A DNA stretch of 64,000 bases from assembly GCA_028826165.1 (NCBI GenBank), contig JAPDFW010000083.1, positions 248,001 to 312,000 on the forward strand, written 5' to 3'. Within the stretch, counting starts at the first letter, position 1; each line of letters starts with the position of its first letter. Of the stretch, positions 39,336-53,200 are shown piece by piece. The position numbers and the translations under genes were made by a program. The notes beneath the pieces are model-generated. The model did not search any database, had not been told where the DNA came from, and worked only from the letters and a program-made list of their open reading frames with translations. The DNA comes from Anaeramoeba ignava BMAN. Taxonomy: Eukaryota > Protista > Anaeramoebae.

Positions 39336-40608
39336 TCAATTATTTTCTTTTGTTTTTTTATGTAAATTTGTTTTCTTTTTATTATTCTGTTTTAATTCTT
39401 CATTTTCTTGATTTTGAAAAACATGAATTGGTGAAAAACTACTTGTAAAAACTGGTGAATGTAAAGGAACATGATTTGTGACATTATTAACTAAAGTGTT
39501 TGAAAATTGATTTTGAGTTATTGGAACAACTTTATCAAAAGATGGATTGCAATATGAAAGCATTTGTCTACATTTTTTTAATTCTTCTTCTTGTGTTTTT
39601 CTTAATTCTCTTTCATTTTTTAATTCTGTGATTAAATGTTTAATTAAATCTATTAATTCTGAAAGTTGTGTTTTCATTTTTTCGTTTTCTTCTAATGATT
39701 TTTTGATTTTTTCTCTTCTATTTCTTTGGTTAATACGATTTCTTTTTCGTTTTTCTTCTTGTTCGTCACTTTTTTTTATAAATGAATTTTATAAATGAAT
39801 TTTAATTTTATTTTTAATTTTAGTTTTATAAATGAATTTTAATTATTTTTAATTTTAATTTTATAAATGAATTTTATTTTATAAATGAATTTTATTTTTA
39901 TAAATGAATTTTATTTTTATAAATGAATTTTATTTTTATAAATGAATTTAATTTTATAAATGAATTTTAATTTTATAAATGAATTTTAATTTTATAAATG
40001 AATTTTAATTTTATAAATGAATTTTAATTTTATAAATGAATTTTAATTTTATAAATGAATTTAAATTTTATAAATGAATTTATTTTTATAAATGAATTTT
40101 AATTTTTATAAATGAATTTAATTTTATAAATGAATTTAAATTTTGTTTACTTGATAATTTCTTTTTTTCGAATCTTTCGATTTATTTTCTCTTTATTTGA
40201 ATTTATTTTTTCATTATTTGATATTATTGGATGAATTGTTGGTGTTGTTGGTAAATGAAGAATTTTTTGTTGAATAAATAAATTTCATTTTGAAGTTAAG
40301 AAAATGAAGAATTTGGTAAAGAAGATCTGAATATTAAACAAAATATTCAAAAAAAAATTAAAAATTAAAATTAAAAATTAAAATTTAAAAATTTTCTAAT
40401 TAAACAAACATGAAAAAAGTTTCTATATTCATTTGATTTTATAAAAAATATAAAAAAGATAAAATAAAAATAAGTTTTTCTTTTTTTTTTTTTTTTAAAT
40501 TTTTAAATTTATTTTACGTTGAGTTGAATCAAAATGTGGTTTAAATTCTTGATCTGTTGGTGAATTTGGAAATGAAAAAGAGAAATCATTATCATCAAGA
40601 GGAATCAT
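39336..40608 (-). CDS. bZIP transcription factor, multi-exon (middle exon boundaries uncertain)
   Basis: The last exon (from 39768) reads DEQEEKRKRNRINQRNRREKIKKSLEENEKMKTQLSELIDLIKHLITEL, a basic region with N-x7-R followed by heptads. Exon 1 MIPLDDNDFSFSFPNSP starts at ATG 40608. Intron 39769-40150 is GT-AG. Confidence 0.7.
39775..40140 (-). repeat. Intronic (aaaattcatttataaaaat)-type tandem repeat
   Basis: An 18-20-bp unit fills the last bZIP intron. Confidence 0.9.
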
Positions 40609-40819
40609 TTATGAGTAATTTATATTTTTAAACTTAAAAAAAAAAGAAAAAAAAAATGAAAAAAAAAATGAAAAAAAAAATAAATTAAAATTAAATTTTT
40701 TTATTTATTTTTTTTTATTTAAAGTTGTTATTATTAAAAAAATAAGAAAATCTTTTAAAAAAGAGTTAATTGTCATAAATTATTAATAAATGAGTAATTA
40801 AAAAAAAAAAGCAAAAAAT

Positions 40820-41960
40820 AAATTCTTCTTTATTCTTTATTCTTTTAATTTATCTAATTATTTTATTTATTCAAATCTAATTAAAAATTGAAATAAAATA
40901 TAATTAAATTTATTCCTTTTTTAAATTTTTAAATTTATTTTAAATAATTAATTATAATTAAAAATAAATTCAAAATTAAATTATTTTTAAATTTTCTAAT
41001 TATTTTATTTATTCAAATTTAATTAAAAATTGAAATAAAATATAATTAAATTTATTCCACTTTTTTCCAAAACACCAAAAAATTTATTTTAATAATTAAT
41101 TATAATTAAAAATAAATTAAAATTAAATTTTTATTTATAATTTATTCTAATTATTTTATTTATTCAAATCAAATTAAAAATTGAAATAAAATTTAATTAA
41201 ATTTATTCTACTTTTTTTTAATTTCGGCAAATCCAAATTTATTTAAATAATTAATTATAATTAAAAATAAATTCTTCTTTATTCTTTATTATTTATAATT
41301 TTTCTAATTATTTTATTTATTCAAATTAAATTAAAAATTGAAATAAAATTTAATTAAATTTATTCCACTTTTTTTTTTTAATTTCAAAAAACAAATCCAA
41401 ATTTATTTAAATAATTAATTATAATTAAAAATAAATTCTTCTTTATTCTTTATTATTTATAAGTTATTCTAATTATTTTATTTATTCAAATCAAATTAAA
41501 AATTGAAATAAAATATAATTAAATTTATTCCACTTTTTTTTTAATTTCAAAACACAAATCCAAATTTATTTTAATAATTAATTATAATTAAAAATAAATT
41601 CTTCTTTATTCTTTATTCTTTATAAGTTATTCTAATTATTTTATTTATTTAAATTAAATTAAAAATTGAAATAAAATATAATTAAATTTATTCCACTTTT
41701 TTTTTAATTTCAAAACACAAATCCAAATTTATTTTAATAATTAATTATAATTAAAAATTAAATTTAAAATTAAATTCAAAATTAAATTATTTTAAATTTT
41801 TCTAATTATTTTATTTATTCAAATTTAATTAAAAATTGAAATAAAATATAATTAAATTTATTCCACTTTTTTTTTAATTTCAAAACACAAATCCAAATTT
41901 ATTTTAATAATTAATTATAATTAAAATTAAATTTAAAATTAAATTATTTTAAATTTTTTT
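40820..41960. repeat. Second AT-rich minisatellite, ~7 copies, 142-170-bp unit
   Basis: The G of the anchor aaaaattgaaataaaa falls at 40890, 41032, 41183, 41340, 41505, 41668 and 41838. Confidence 0.9.
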
Positions 41961-42097
41961 AATTATTTTTTATTCTTCTTTTTGAATTTGAATTGAAAAT
42001 CCAAAAAGAAAAATTAAAAGAAAAAATCAAAAAGATTTTCTTTTTGATTTTTGAATGATTTTTATTCTTTTCTTTTTTGAAATGAATTGAAAAAGAA

Positions 42098-45000
42098 TTA
42101 GATATCATCTGAAAGTTCAATTTCTTGATTTTGATTTTGATTTTGATTTTGATTTCTTTTTTTGGATTTGCTTTTGATCCACATTATAATTATAATGATA
42201 ATAGCAACTCCAACAATAGGAACAATTACTGCTGGAATAATTACTTTTGTATTAGATGAACTTTCAGTTGCTTCTTGTGTTGGTGCTGCAATAGTTGTAA
42301 TTGAAGTTGTTAAATTTGCTCCTGAATATTCATTCGATTCACATTTCCAATCACCAGATGCAAATATTGTAATTTCATAATTTTCTCCTCCAATTAAATT
42401 GAAAATTGAAATTTGATTCATTAATTTGGAAACACAAATTGATCCTGAACCATAAGATAATGAATATCCACTTAATCCTTTTGATAATTCTAATGGATTC
42501 CATTCACATTCAAATCCACAAATTATTGGATTACAATTAAATCCAGTTATATTTCCTAATTTAGGTTTAATTGAAATTGTTTCACTTGGATATCCTAAAT
42601 TTTGAGTTTCACAAATTAAATCAATACATCCTTCAACAGAAACTTGATATTCAAAATTTCCATCTAATTCATTAATTGTTCCAATCATTTCATTTCCATT
42701 TGGAATTAATGTTGTGAAATTTATCCAAGTCATTCTTCCATCAATAGAAACTAAATAAGATTTTGCTTCAGATAATTTTGAAAAAATAATTTCAATTTCT
42801 TCAACTTTGGAATTTGATTGAATAATTGAAGGAGCAGATAATTTATTAGTTTCAATTTCAATTATTGAAGATAATCCTGAATAATCATTTGGATCACAAT
42901 TTGTATCAGCAGATGCAAATATTGTAATTTCATATTTTTTACCTCCAATTAAATTTGAAATTGAATAATTAGTTGATGATTTATCTAAACAAATTGATTC
43001 TGAACCATAAGATAATGAATATCCATTTAATCCTGTTGATAATTCTAATGAATTCCATTCACATTCAAATCCACAAATTATTGGATTACAATTAAATCCA
43101 GTTATATTTCCTAATTTAGGTTTAATTAAAATTGATTCACTTGGATATCCTAAATATTCAAATGTACAACTTGAATCACTACATCCTCTAATTGAAACTT
43201 CATATTCAACATTTCCAGATAATTGATTAATTGTTCCAGTCACTTCATTTCCACTTGAAATTAATGATGAAAAACTTATCCAATTTTGTTGATTATCAAT
43301 AGAAACTAAATAAGATTTTGCTTCAGATAATTTTGAAAAAATCATTTCAATTTCCTCAACTTTGGAATTTGATTGAATAATTGAAGGAGCAGATAATTTA
43401 TCAGTTTCAATTTCAATTATTGAAGATAATCCTGAATAATCATTTGGATCACAATTTGGATCAGCAGATGCAAATATTGTAATTTCATAATTTTCTCCTC
43501 CAATTAAATTTGAAATTGAATAATTAGTTGATGATTTATCTAAACAAATTGATTCTGAACCATAAGATAATGAATATCCATTTAATCCTGTTGATAATTC
43601 TAATGAATTCCATTCACATTCAAATCCACAAATTATTGGATTACAATTAAATCCAGTTATATTTCCTAATTTGGGTTTAATTGAAATTGATTCACTTGGA
43701 TATCCTAAATTTTGAGTTTGGCAAATTAAATCAGTACATCCTCTAACTGAAACTTCATATTCAACATTTCCATCTAATTCATTAATTGTTCCAATCATTT
43801 CACTTTCATTTGAAATTAATGATGAAAAACTTATCCAATTTTGTTGATTATCAATAGAAACTAAATAAGATTTTGCTGCAGATAATTTTGAAAAAATCAT
43901 TTCAATTTCTTCAACTTTGGAATTTGATTGAATAATTGAAGGAGCAGATAATTTTTCAGTTGTAATTTCAAATGTAACATTTAAACCTGAATAATCATTT
44001 GGTTTACAATTTGGATCAGCAGATGCAAATATTGTAATTTCATAATTTTCTCCTCCAGTTAAATTTGAAATTGAAAAATTAGTTGATGATTTATCTAAAC
44101 AAATTGATTGAGTTTGATCAATAGATTTTAATTGTTGATTAGTTAATAAAAGATTGATTATAATAGCAAATGCCTGTATTCCTGGTGAATCTATTGAATC
44201 CCAACTACATTCAAATCCACAACTTTTTGCTGAAACATTTAATCCAGTTATATTTGATAATTGAGCTTTAATTGGAATTGATTCACTTGAATATCCTAAA
44301 TATTCAAATGTACAACTTGAATCACTACATCCTCTAATTGAAACTTCATATTCAACATTTCCAGATATATTATTAATTAATCCAGTTATTTCTTCTCCAT
44401 TTGGAATTAATGATGAGAAATTAATCCAAGTTTGTTGATTATCAATAGAAACTAAATAAGATTTTGCTTGAATTAAATTTGTGAAAATCAATTCAATTTC
44501 ATCAGGTTTTGAATTTGATTGAATAATTGAAGGAGAAGGTATTTTTTGAGTTGTAATTGAAGTTGATGAATTTAAACCTGAATAATTACTTGATTTACAA
44601 TTTGGATCAGCAGAAGCAGATACAAAATATCATAATTTGCACCTCCAAGTAATTCTGTAAGTGATAAAGTTGTTGATGATTTATTCAAACAAGTTAAATT
44701 TTGATTAAACCAAAATGAAATTGCTTGTAATCCTTCTGATAATTCTAATGAATTCCATTCACAATCAAATCCACAAATTGATGAATTACAATTTAATCCA
44801 GTTATATTTCCTAATTGAGCTTTAATTGAAATTGTTTGACTTGAATCACCTAAATATTGAGGTTGACAACTTGAATCAGTACATCCTCTAACTGCAACTC
44901 CATATTCAACATTTCCATCTAATTGATTAATTGTTCCAATCATTTCATTTCCATTTGGAATTAATGATGAAAAATTTATCCAAGATAAATGATCATCTAT

Positions 45001-47050
45001 TGTAACTAAATAAGCTTTTGCTTGAGAAACTTGAGAAAAAGTAATTTGAATTAATTCAATTCCAGAATATGAACTTATAATATTTGGATGAGGAATATCT
45101 GCAATTCTAATTTGAAAAGAAGAAATAACACCACAACCACCATTTGAAGCACAAGCTGAAACATTAATTTGATAATATTGATTTGGAAGATTAACTGAAA
45201 AATTGAAAGATAAATCAGAAACATTAAAATGATTGAAAATCAAGAAGTGAACCTGATTGAGAAGTAAGATTATAATAAGAAGGAGCAATAGAACTATCAG
45301 GAGGAAGCCAAGAACAATGAACATCTAAAACATCTGAAACTAAACATTGAAGATCAAAAACTGGACCAAATCCAACTTGAACTTTTCCATAAGCTAACTC
45401 TCCTTCATCATCTCCGATACATTCATATGTTCTACAAGGTACCACATAGATAGTGTAAATTTCTCCACAAGTTAAATCAGAAAGACCCACAGAATAAGCT
45501 GATTCAGGCACATCTATGCATCCGTCAACAGACTTATCTATTCCCCAACAAAAAATGTAATGATCAAGATTAGGAATACCTGCAATAATTTGAACATCAG
45601 GAGGATCCCAAAAAGTATTAATTCTATCAGAAAGTCCAGTTAATGTCAAATTTTTCACAGCATCAATCATTGTTTTTAAAGTAGTTGTTGTTGTTGGATT
45701 TCCACATTGTCCTGTTGTTACATTACAAGCTTTGATTTGAATTGAATATTCTTCATTCCCATAAATTTGGTAATAATCTTGAGAAGTAAATTCTTCATAA
45801 AACACATTTACTGATGAATCAAAACTAGGATTTGGAATGATTGTCCAACCATATCCATAATCAATTTGGAATTGAAGAGTAACATCATTTTCAGGTTGAG
45901 TCCAATAACATTCAAATTTGGAATACAAAGAAGTACAATTTACCAAATCAATTCCAGGACCAGTTAAAATAGATTGTTCCAAGATGTAAACGCCACGAGG
46001 TGAAAAAGATTTGATTACAATAGACCAGTTTCCTGACATAGCAACTGTAGAACCAAAACTATAAGCGAAAGAAGAAGGCTTCATCACAGGTTGTTCAACC
46101 CAATTACCTGATTGATAAATGTAAACATAGACACTCGAAGCACCCGAGTTACCAACAAGAACTTCATTTCCATCTTCGCTGATAGAGACAGTCATCCCAA
46201 ATGTCGTACTGATTGTATCAGAAAGTGACTTATCTAGATCATAAGTTGATCCATTTTTTCTGTAGATGAAAGCTGCATTAGAGTAGTATGTTCCAACAAC
46301 AAAAACACTTCCATCATCACAAATTGAAAGAGCATAACTAAATCCTTTCGGTCCTGTTAGATTTTGTATTTTATTCCATTGTCCGCTATCATATGAATAA
46401 ACAAAAGTAGTATTGTCATATCCATCTCCAACAAGAAGAATTTCTCCATTTTCTGAAATTGCAAGAGGAAAGCCATAGGACACAAAAGACATTGTTTTTG
46501 TTAGAACTTTTGTTGAACTCCAAGTTCCAGATGCATATTCGAAAATCTCAACTTGATTCTTCATACTTCCAACAGCAATTCTGTTTCCATCTCCTGATAA
46601 AGCAACACCTATCCCAAAATAAGAATATGCATCCCCTGCTAATACATCCCTCTGAACATATTCACTACCTGACCAACTGTAAATGAAAACCTCGCTCGTG
46701 CTATGTGAACTAATTGCCAAAACACTTGAATCTGCTGAAAAGTCGACATTGAGTCCGAATCGTGAATTTGATGCTCCAGTGATATTTTGTATATATTGCC
46801 AATTTGTTCCATCATATTTGAAAATATACACTATCAAACCGTAATCATCTCCTACTGCAGCTGTATCTTGATTTATTGCCAATCCATCTCCATATCCAGA
46901 AGCAGTAGAACTTGGAAATTGATTGAATACCTCTTTCCAAACATAAGTTTCGGCACCTGATGATTCAAATTTGATTTTGGAACTTTGAATTAATTGAATC
47001 AAAAAGAAAAGGAAAATCAAAAGCAAAATAATTGTTCTTTTAATCAACAT
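42098..47050 (-). CDS. Type I surface receptor/adhesin: signal peptide, FG-GAP-like beta-propeller, many FN3-like repeats, TM, short tail
   Basis: Signal peptide MLIKRTIILLLIFLFFLIQLIQS. Propeller repeats FG..VA.S.DG..(L/I).VG....V.IY. FN3-like units (ECEWNS...GYSLSY...NLIGGENYEITIFA) and TM VIIPAVIVPIVGVAIIIIIIMWI. Three ORFs join through indels at ~45226 (extra T) and ~44626 (missing T). Confidence 0.85.
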
Positions 47051-47114
47051 CTTTTTTTTATTATTGGAACTTCTACAAAAAAAACAAATTAAAACAATTA
47101 AAATAAAATAAATT

Positions 47115-47146
<32 letters not shown>

Positions 47147-47809
47147 ACTTATTAACAAACCTTTTTGTTTTTGTTTTACTTTTAAATCAAAAGAAAATCA
47201 ATTTAGAATTGAATTTTCAAAATGAAAAAAATGTGTTTTATTTAAATTGAGTTTTTTTTTTAAAAAGATGATCAAATTAAAAAAAAAAATTTTTTTTTTT
47301 CAAAACGTGAGTTTTTTTTATTAAATTTTAATTTCATCAAAGTTATTTAATCCCCTCAAATCAATAAAAAATCATTTTCCAACTCAATAAATTTAAAAAT
47401 AAAATTTAAACAAGAAAAGAAAAGAAAAAAAAAATTTTATTTTCTTTTCTTTTCTTCTTTTATTTTAATTTAATTTAATTTAATTTAATTTAATTTATTT
47501 TATGATCAAAATTTAATTGAAAAACAAATAAATAAATAAAACAAACAAACAAACAAACAAAGAAAGAAAGAACAATTTTTTAAAACTAGAAATATTATTT
47601 TCTTTTTTATTTTAGGGGTAAAAAAATAAAAGAAATTCTTTAATTTATTTAAAAAAAAGATTTATAAATAAATAAATAAAGAAGATCAAAAAAAAACTTT
47701 TCTTTTATTAAATTGAAATTCCAAAAAAAAACAATGAAAAGAATTTATTCAATTTATTTTAATAATTAAAATAAAAATTAAACAAGAAACCATTAAACAA
47801 TTTAAATTC

Positions 47810-48264
47810 AATTAAAATTCAAATGAAAAAATTGAAGAAACAATGAAAAGAATTTATTTAAATGAAAATGAAAATGAAAAAGATTTTATTATTGAAAGAA
47901 AAGAAAAGAAATATAAATTTCCTAAATTAATATTAATAATGTGAAGTGAATTATATCGAGGAATGTTTTTATCTGTAACAAATGATAAATCTAATAAAGT
48001 TACAGATTATAGTGAATTAAGTAATAAATCATTTCAAATATTTGAATATTGGATTTATTCAAATCAAATTAAGATGATATTGAAATTACACAAGAAATAA
48101 TTAATGAAATTCAAATTGGAATTGATTATTTTCAATTAAATCAAACAAATCCAAAATTATTTGATTTATTAATTAATAAATTTAATAATCAAAATCAAAA
48201 TAACCAAAATCAAAATCAAAATCAAAAAACGAAGAAAAAGAAAAATAAATGTTTAATTTTTTAA
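47810..48264 (+). pseudogene. Truncated C-terminal BTB-CaaX fragment, paralogue of the downstream RCC1-BTB gene
   Basis: Near-identical to ~49715-50149. It has an in-frame TGA at 47942 (AGA in the intact copy), a frameshift near 48072 and no RCC1 part. Ends KKKKNKCLIF*. Confidence 0.8.
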
Positions 48265-48319
48265 TCAAAATTAAAATTCAAATCCAAAATATTTTTTTCA
48301 TTTTTTTTCTTTTTCAAAA

Positions 48320-50149
48320 ATGAATGAAATTATATTTTTTGGTTCAAATCAATATCCAAAACTTATAAAAAATGAACAAAATGAAATAACAAAACCAATT
48401 CAATTTAAATTTGAAAATGAAAATGAAAATGAAAATGAAAAACAAATTAAACAAATTTCATCAAGTCAATTTTCAACAATTTTCCTTTTTGAAAATGGAA
48501 AAGCAATAGAATATTTAAATGAAAATGATTCAAAATCAAATCCTCAAAAAATCCAAATTGAAGAAAATATTCAAAAAGTAACTGTTGGTTTTTATAATGA
48601 AGCTATTTTAACAATAGAAGGAAATGTATTTGCAAAAGGATATAATATTAATCCAAATAATCCAAAAGAATTTATCAATATTTCATCATTAATTGAAGAT
48701 ACAAATGATAGAATAATTGAAGATGTTGTTTCCGGAAATCAATCAATTTACTTATTAACTTCAAATCAAAATGCTTATGGAATTGGTTCAAATGAATATG
48801 GTCAACTTGGTTTTGATTCTGAAACACTTAATGAAACACAAAAACCAATTTTAATGATGAAAAATGTTTCTAAAATATTTTCAGGAAATTCTTCAAGATT
48901 TGTTTTTCTTTTAAATTCAAATCAAGAATTATTTGGATGTGGCGATAATAGTTCTAGTCAACTTGGATTAGGAGAATCAAGAAAAGAAGAAGAAAAAAAT
49001 AAATTAACCAAAATCCAAAATATTCCAAAAGGCAAAATAATTGATATTCAATGTGGATATGCTTTTTCAATAATGTTGATTGAAAATAAAAATGAAAATG
49101 AAAATCCAAAAAGAAAACTTTATTCATGTGGAGATTGGATATATAATGGACTTGGAAAAGAATATGAGAATACTTATGAATTTACTGAAATCAAATCATC
49201 TTTATTTGAAAATGATGATAATATTATTGATTTTTCTGTTGGAAGTATTCATACTTTGATTTTAAAATCAAAAGGGAAACTGATTGGATTTGGACTTAAT
49301 GAATATGGTCAATTAGGAACTGGAGATACAAAAGATCAATTAATTCCAATTCAAATTAAACTTCCTAAATTAAGATTTAATGAAAATATTTCTAATTATC
49401 ATATTTCTTGTGGTGCTTATAATTCATTTCTTTATTATTCTCCTCTTTATTTTTCCAATCTTGAAGAAGATTTGATAAAATTATTTAAAAGAAAAGAATT
49501 TTGTGATATTTCATTTAAAACAAAAAATGGTTCAATAATTGAAGCTCATAAATTAATATTGAAATATAGATTAAATCAAATTGAAAATGAAATTGAAAAA
49601 CTTCAAGAAATTATTTCAAAAATCAATTAAAGAATCAAATCAAATATTTGAAATGATTTATTCAAACAATTCCAAAATAAATCCAGAATTATATTATGAA
49701 ATTAAAGAAATTATAAATCCAAATGAAAAAATTGAAGAAACAATTAAAAGAATTTATTTAAATGAAAATGAAAATGAAAATGAAAAAGATTTTATTATTG
49801 AAAGAAAAGAAAAACAATATAAATTTCCTAAATTAATATTAATAATGAGAAGTGAATTATATCGAGGAATGTTTTTATCTGTAAAAATGATACATCCAAT
49901 AAAGTTACAGATTATAGTGAATTAAGTAATAAATCATTTCAAATATTTGAATATTGGATTTATTCAAATCAAATTAAAGAAGAAATTGAAATTACACAAG
50001 AAATAATTAATGAAATTCAAATTGGAATTGATTATTTTCAATTAAATCAAACAAATCCAAATTTATTTGATTTATTAATTAACAAATTTAATAATCAAAT
50101 TCAAAATCAAAAAACGAAGAAAAAGAAAAATAAATGTTTAATTTTTTAA
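48320..50149 (+). CDS. RCC1-repeat + tandem BTB protein with polybasic CaaX tail
   Basis: RCC1 motifs GSNEYGQLG, GDNSSSQLGLG and GLNEYGQLGTG. BTB FCDISF...AHKLIL and FPKLILIMRSELYRGMF. Two 1-nt deletions (~49620, ~49885). Ends KTKKKKNKCLIF. Confidence 0.85.
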
Positions 50150-50263
50150 TCAAAATTAAAATAATTTGTTTTGTTCCGTTTTTATTCTTATTTGAATTAG
50201 AATTTGAATTTGAAAAAAAGGAAAAAAGAAAATTTGGAAATTTGGAAATTGGGAATTGAATTC

Positions 50264-53200
50264 TTAAAGATTATGCATTGCATTAACAAAATTAACGAAA
50301 TTACCCCAATTTGATTGATTATCAACCAAATCACTTGATAATCTCAAGTAAGTAAAAGCAGTAATTCCTTCTCTTGCAACAGATTCAATTCTGCCATAAG
50401 AATCATTATCATAACAAGTCAAAGCATTTTCACCACTATAAGGAACACCATGATTAAGACTATCATGAAGAGTTAATTGAACCAATTCTTGTGGACCACA
50501 TTTGGCATAACTTGGTTGAGATGAATCACTCATTTCCAAGCAAGTGAAATCAAAAACAACCCCATGTTTTTTGAACATAGATGCAATATCGTTATATCCA
50601 TCATGATTGATTGTATCATAATATCCTGCTGTTAATTCTGCTGCATGTGAATCAGTCATGTACCACCAATGAACTCCACTGATTTTTGCTGCTATTCTCA
50701 TATTATAACTTCCAAAAATGTTTTTTGCTATTCCCAGTATTTGATCTCCATGATTTATTAAGACGTTTGTATACCAAGCTTTTATTTTTTTTAAATTATT
50801 TTTAATTAATTTTTTTAAATAATTTCTTAAATAATTTCTTAAATAATTTCTTAAATAATTTCTTAAATAATTTCTTGAATAATTTCTTAAATAATTTCTT
50901 AAATAATTTCTTAAATAATTTCTTAAATAATTTTAAATAATTTCTTAAATAATTTCTTAAATAATTTCTTAAATAATTTTTTAAATAATTTCTTAAATAA
51001 TTTCTTAAATAATTTCTTAAATAATTTTTTAAATAATTTTTAAATAATTTTTAAATAATTTCTTTAAATAATTTTCTTAAATAATTTTTAAATAATTTCT
51101 TAAATAATTTCTTAAATAATTTCTTAAATAATTTTAAATAATTTCTTAAATAATTTCTTAAATAATTTCTTAAATAATTTCTTAAATAATTTCTTAAATA
51201 ATTTCTTAAATAATTTTTAAATATTTTTAAATAATTTCTTAAATAATTTTTTAAATAATTTCTTAAATAATTTCTTAAATAATTTCTTAAATAATTTCTT
51301 AAATAATTTTCTTAAATAATTTCTTAAATAATTTCTTAAATAATTTTTAAATAATTTCTTAAATAATTTTTTTAAATAATTTTTAAATAATTTTTAAATA
51401 ATTTTTAAATAATTTCTTAAATAATTTCTTAAATAATTTCTTAAATAATTTCTTAAATAATTTTTAAATAATTTTTAAATAATTTCTTAAATATTTTCTT
51501 AAATAATTTCTTAAATATTTTTATAAATAATTTCTTAAATAATTTCTTAAATAATTTCTTAAATATTTTTTTAAATATTTTTTTAAATAATTTCTTAAAT
51601 AATTTCTTAAATAATTTCTTAAATAATTTCTTAAATAATTTCTTAAATAATTTCTTAAATAATTTCTTAAATAATTTCTTAAATAATTTCTTAAATAATT
51701 TCTTAAATAATTTCTTAAATATTTTCTTAAATAATTTCTTTACTTAAAAAGAAATCTCCATAAGCAGAAGACCAATTATCTCCTCCATTATCAGAGAAAA
51801 ATCCAGTTTGAGAGGGTAAACTATTATATGTTCCTGCATTGTTTGGACCTGCATGACCCCAATCTAATTAATAAAAGATAAATCATTTTAATTTGAATAT
51901 TGAATTGAATATTGAATATTGAATATTGAATTGAATATTGAATATTGAATATTGAATATAATTGAATATAATTGAATTTTGAATATTGAATATAATTGAA
52001 TATAATTGAATTTTGAATATTGAATATTGAATATTGAATTTAAATTGAATTAAATTTACCTGAATGTCCATTTTCATTTGCATAATTTTGTAAATCAGAA
52101 AGCATGTACTTATCATAACATTGGAATTCACCCTAAAATTAAAATCAAAATTAATAAATTAAATTTAAAATTAAAATTAATAAATTAAAATGATTTACAA
52201 TTCCAGGGAATTGCCATAAATTATCTTGAAGTTGATAAGATGGATATCTCATTTCTCCAGAAGGACCAAGACCAACTTGAACCTTAAATATTTTTTCAAT
52301 TAAATTAATATTTTTTTCAATTTAATTTTGATTTTGATTTATTTTGATTTTGAATTTTATTTTGATTTTGAATTTTGATTTATTTTGATTTTGATTTTGA
52401 TTTTGATTTATTTTGATTTATTTTGATTTATTTTGATTTATTTTGATTTATTTTGATTTTAAATATAAGTTCTTTTTTTTACTTCAACAATTGATGAACC
52501 TAAATCTGAACCAAATGTGTTTTTAAATGAAGTCATAAAATCTTGATAAACATTAATTGCTGTTCTTCCATTCAAAACTGCTCTATTATCAATACTAAGA
52601 GATAAATATTCTTGGTCTCTGTGTCCATGCATATCGGTATAAAAGATATCAGCTAAAAACAATATTAATTTTGATTTTGATTTTGATTTTGATTTTGATT
52701 TTGATTTTAATTTTAATTTTGATTTTGATTTTGATTTTAATTTTGATTTTGATTTTGATTTTGATTTTGATTTTGATTTTGATTTTAATTTTAAATTTTG
52801 ATTTAATTTTGATTTTAATTATAATTTTGATTTTAAATTTTGATTTTAATTTTAATTTTAAATTTTAATTTTGATTTTGATTTTGATTTTGATTTTGATT
52901 TTGATTTTGATTTTGATTTTAATTTTATTTTTTAATTTTATTTTTTAATTTTAATTTTATAAAAAATTACGATTTGATTGACCAACAGAAAGAACCCAAG
53001 GAGGTAATAAAATATAACATTGATCTCCAACATTTATTCCACATTGATCTAAAAAGAAAAAAAAAAAGAAAAAGAAAAATAAATTTAAATAAAAAATTCT
53101 ATTTAAAATTAAAAAAAATAAAAAAAATAATAAATTACGAAAAGACATAACACATTGTAATTTCAGACCAGCATTCTTAACAAGAGTTAATAATTGTTGA

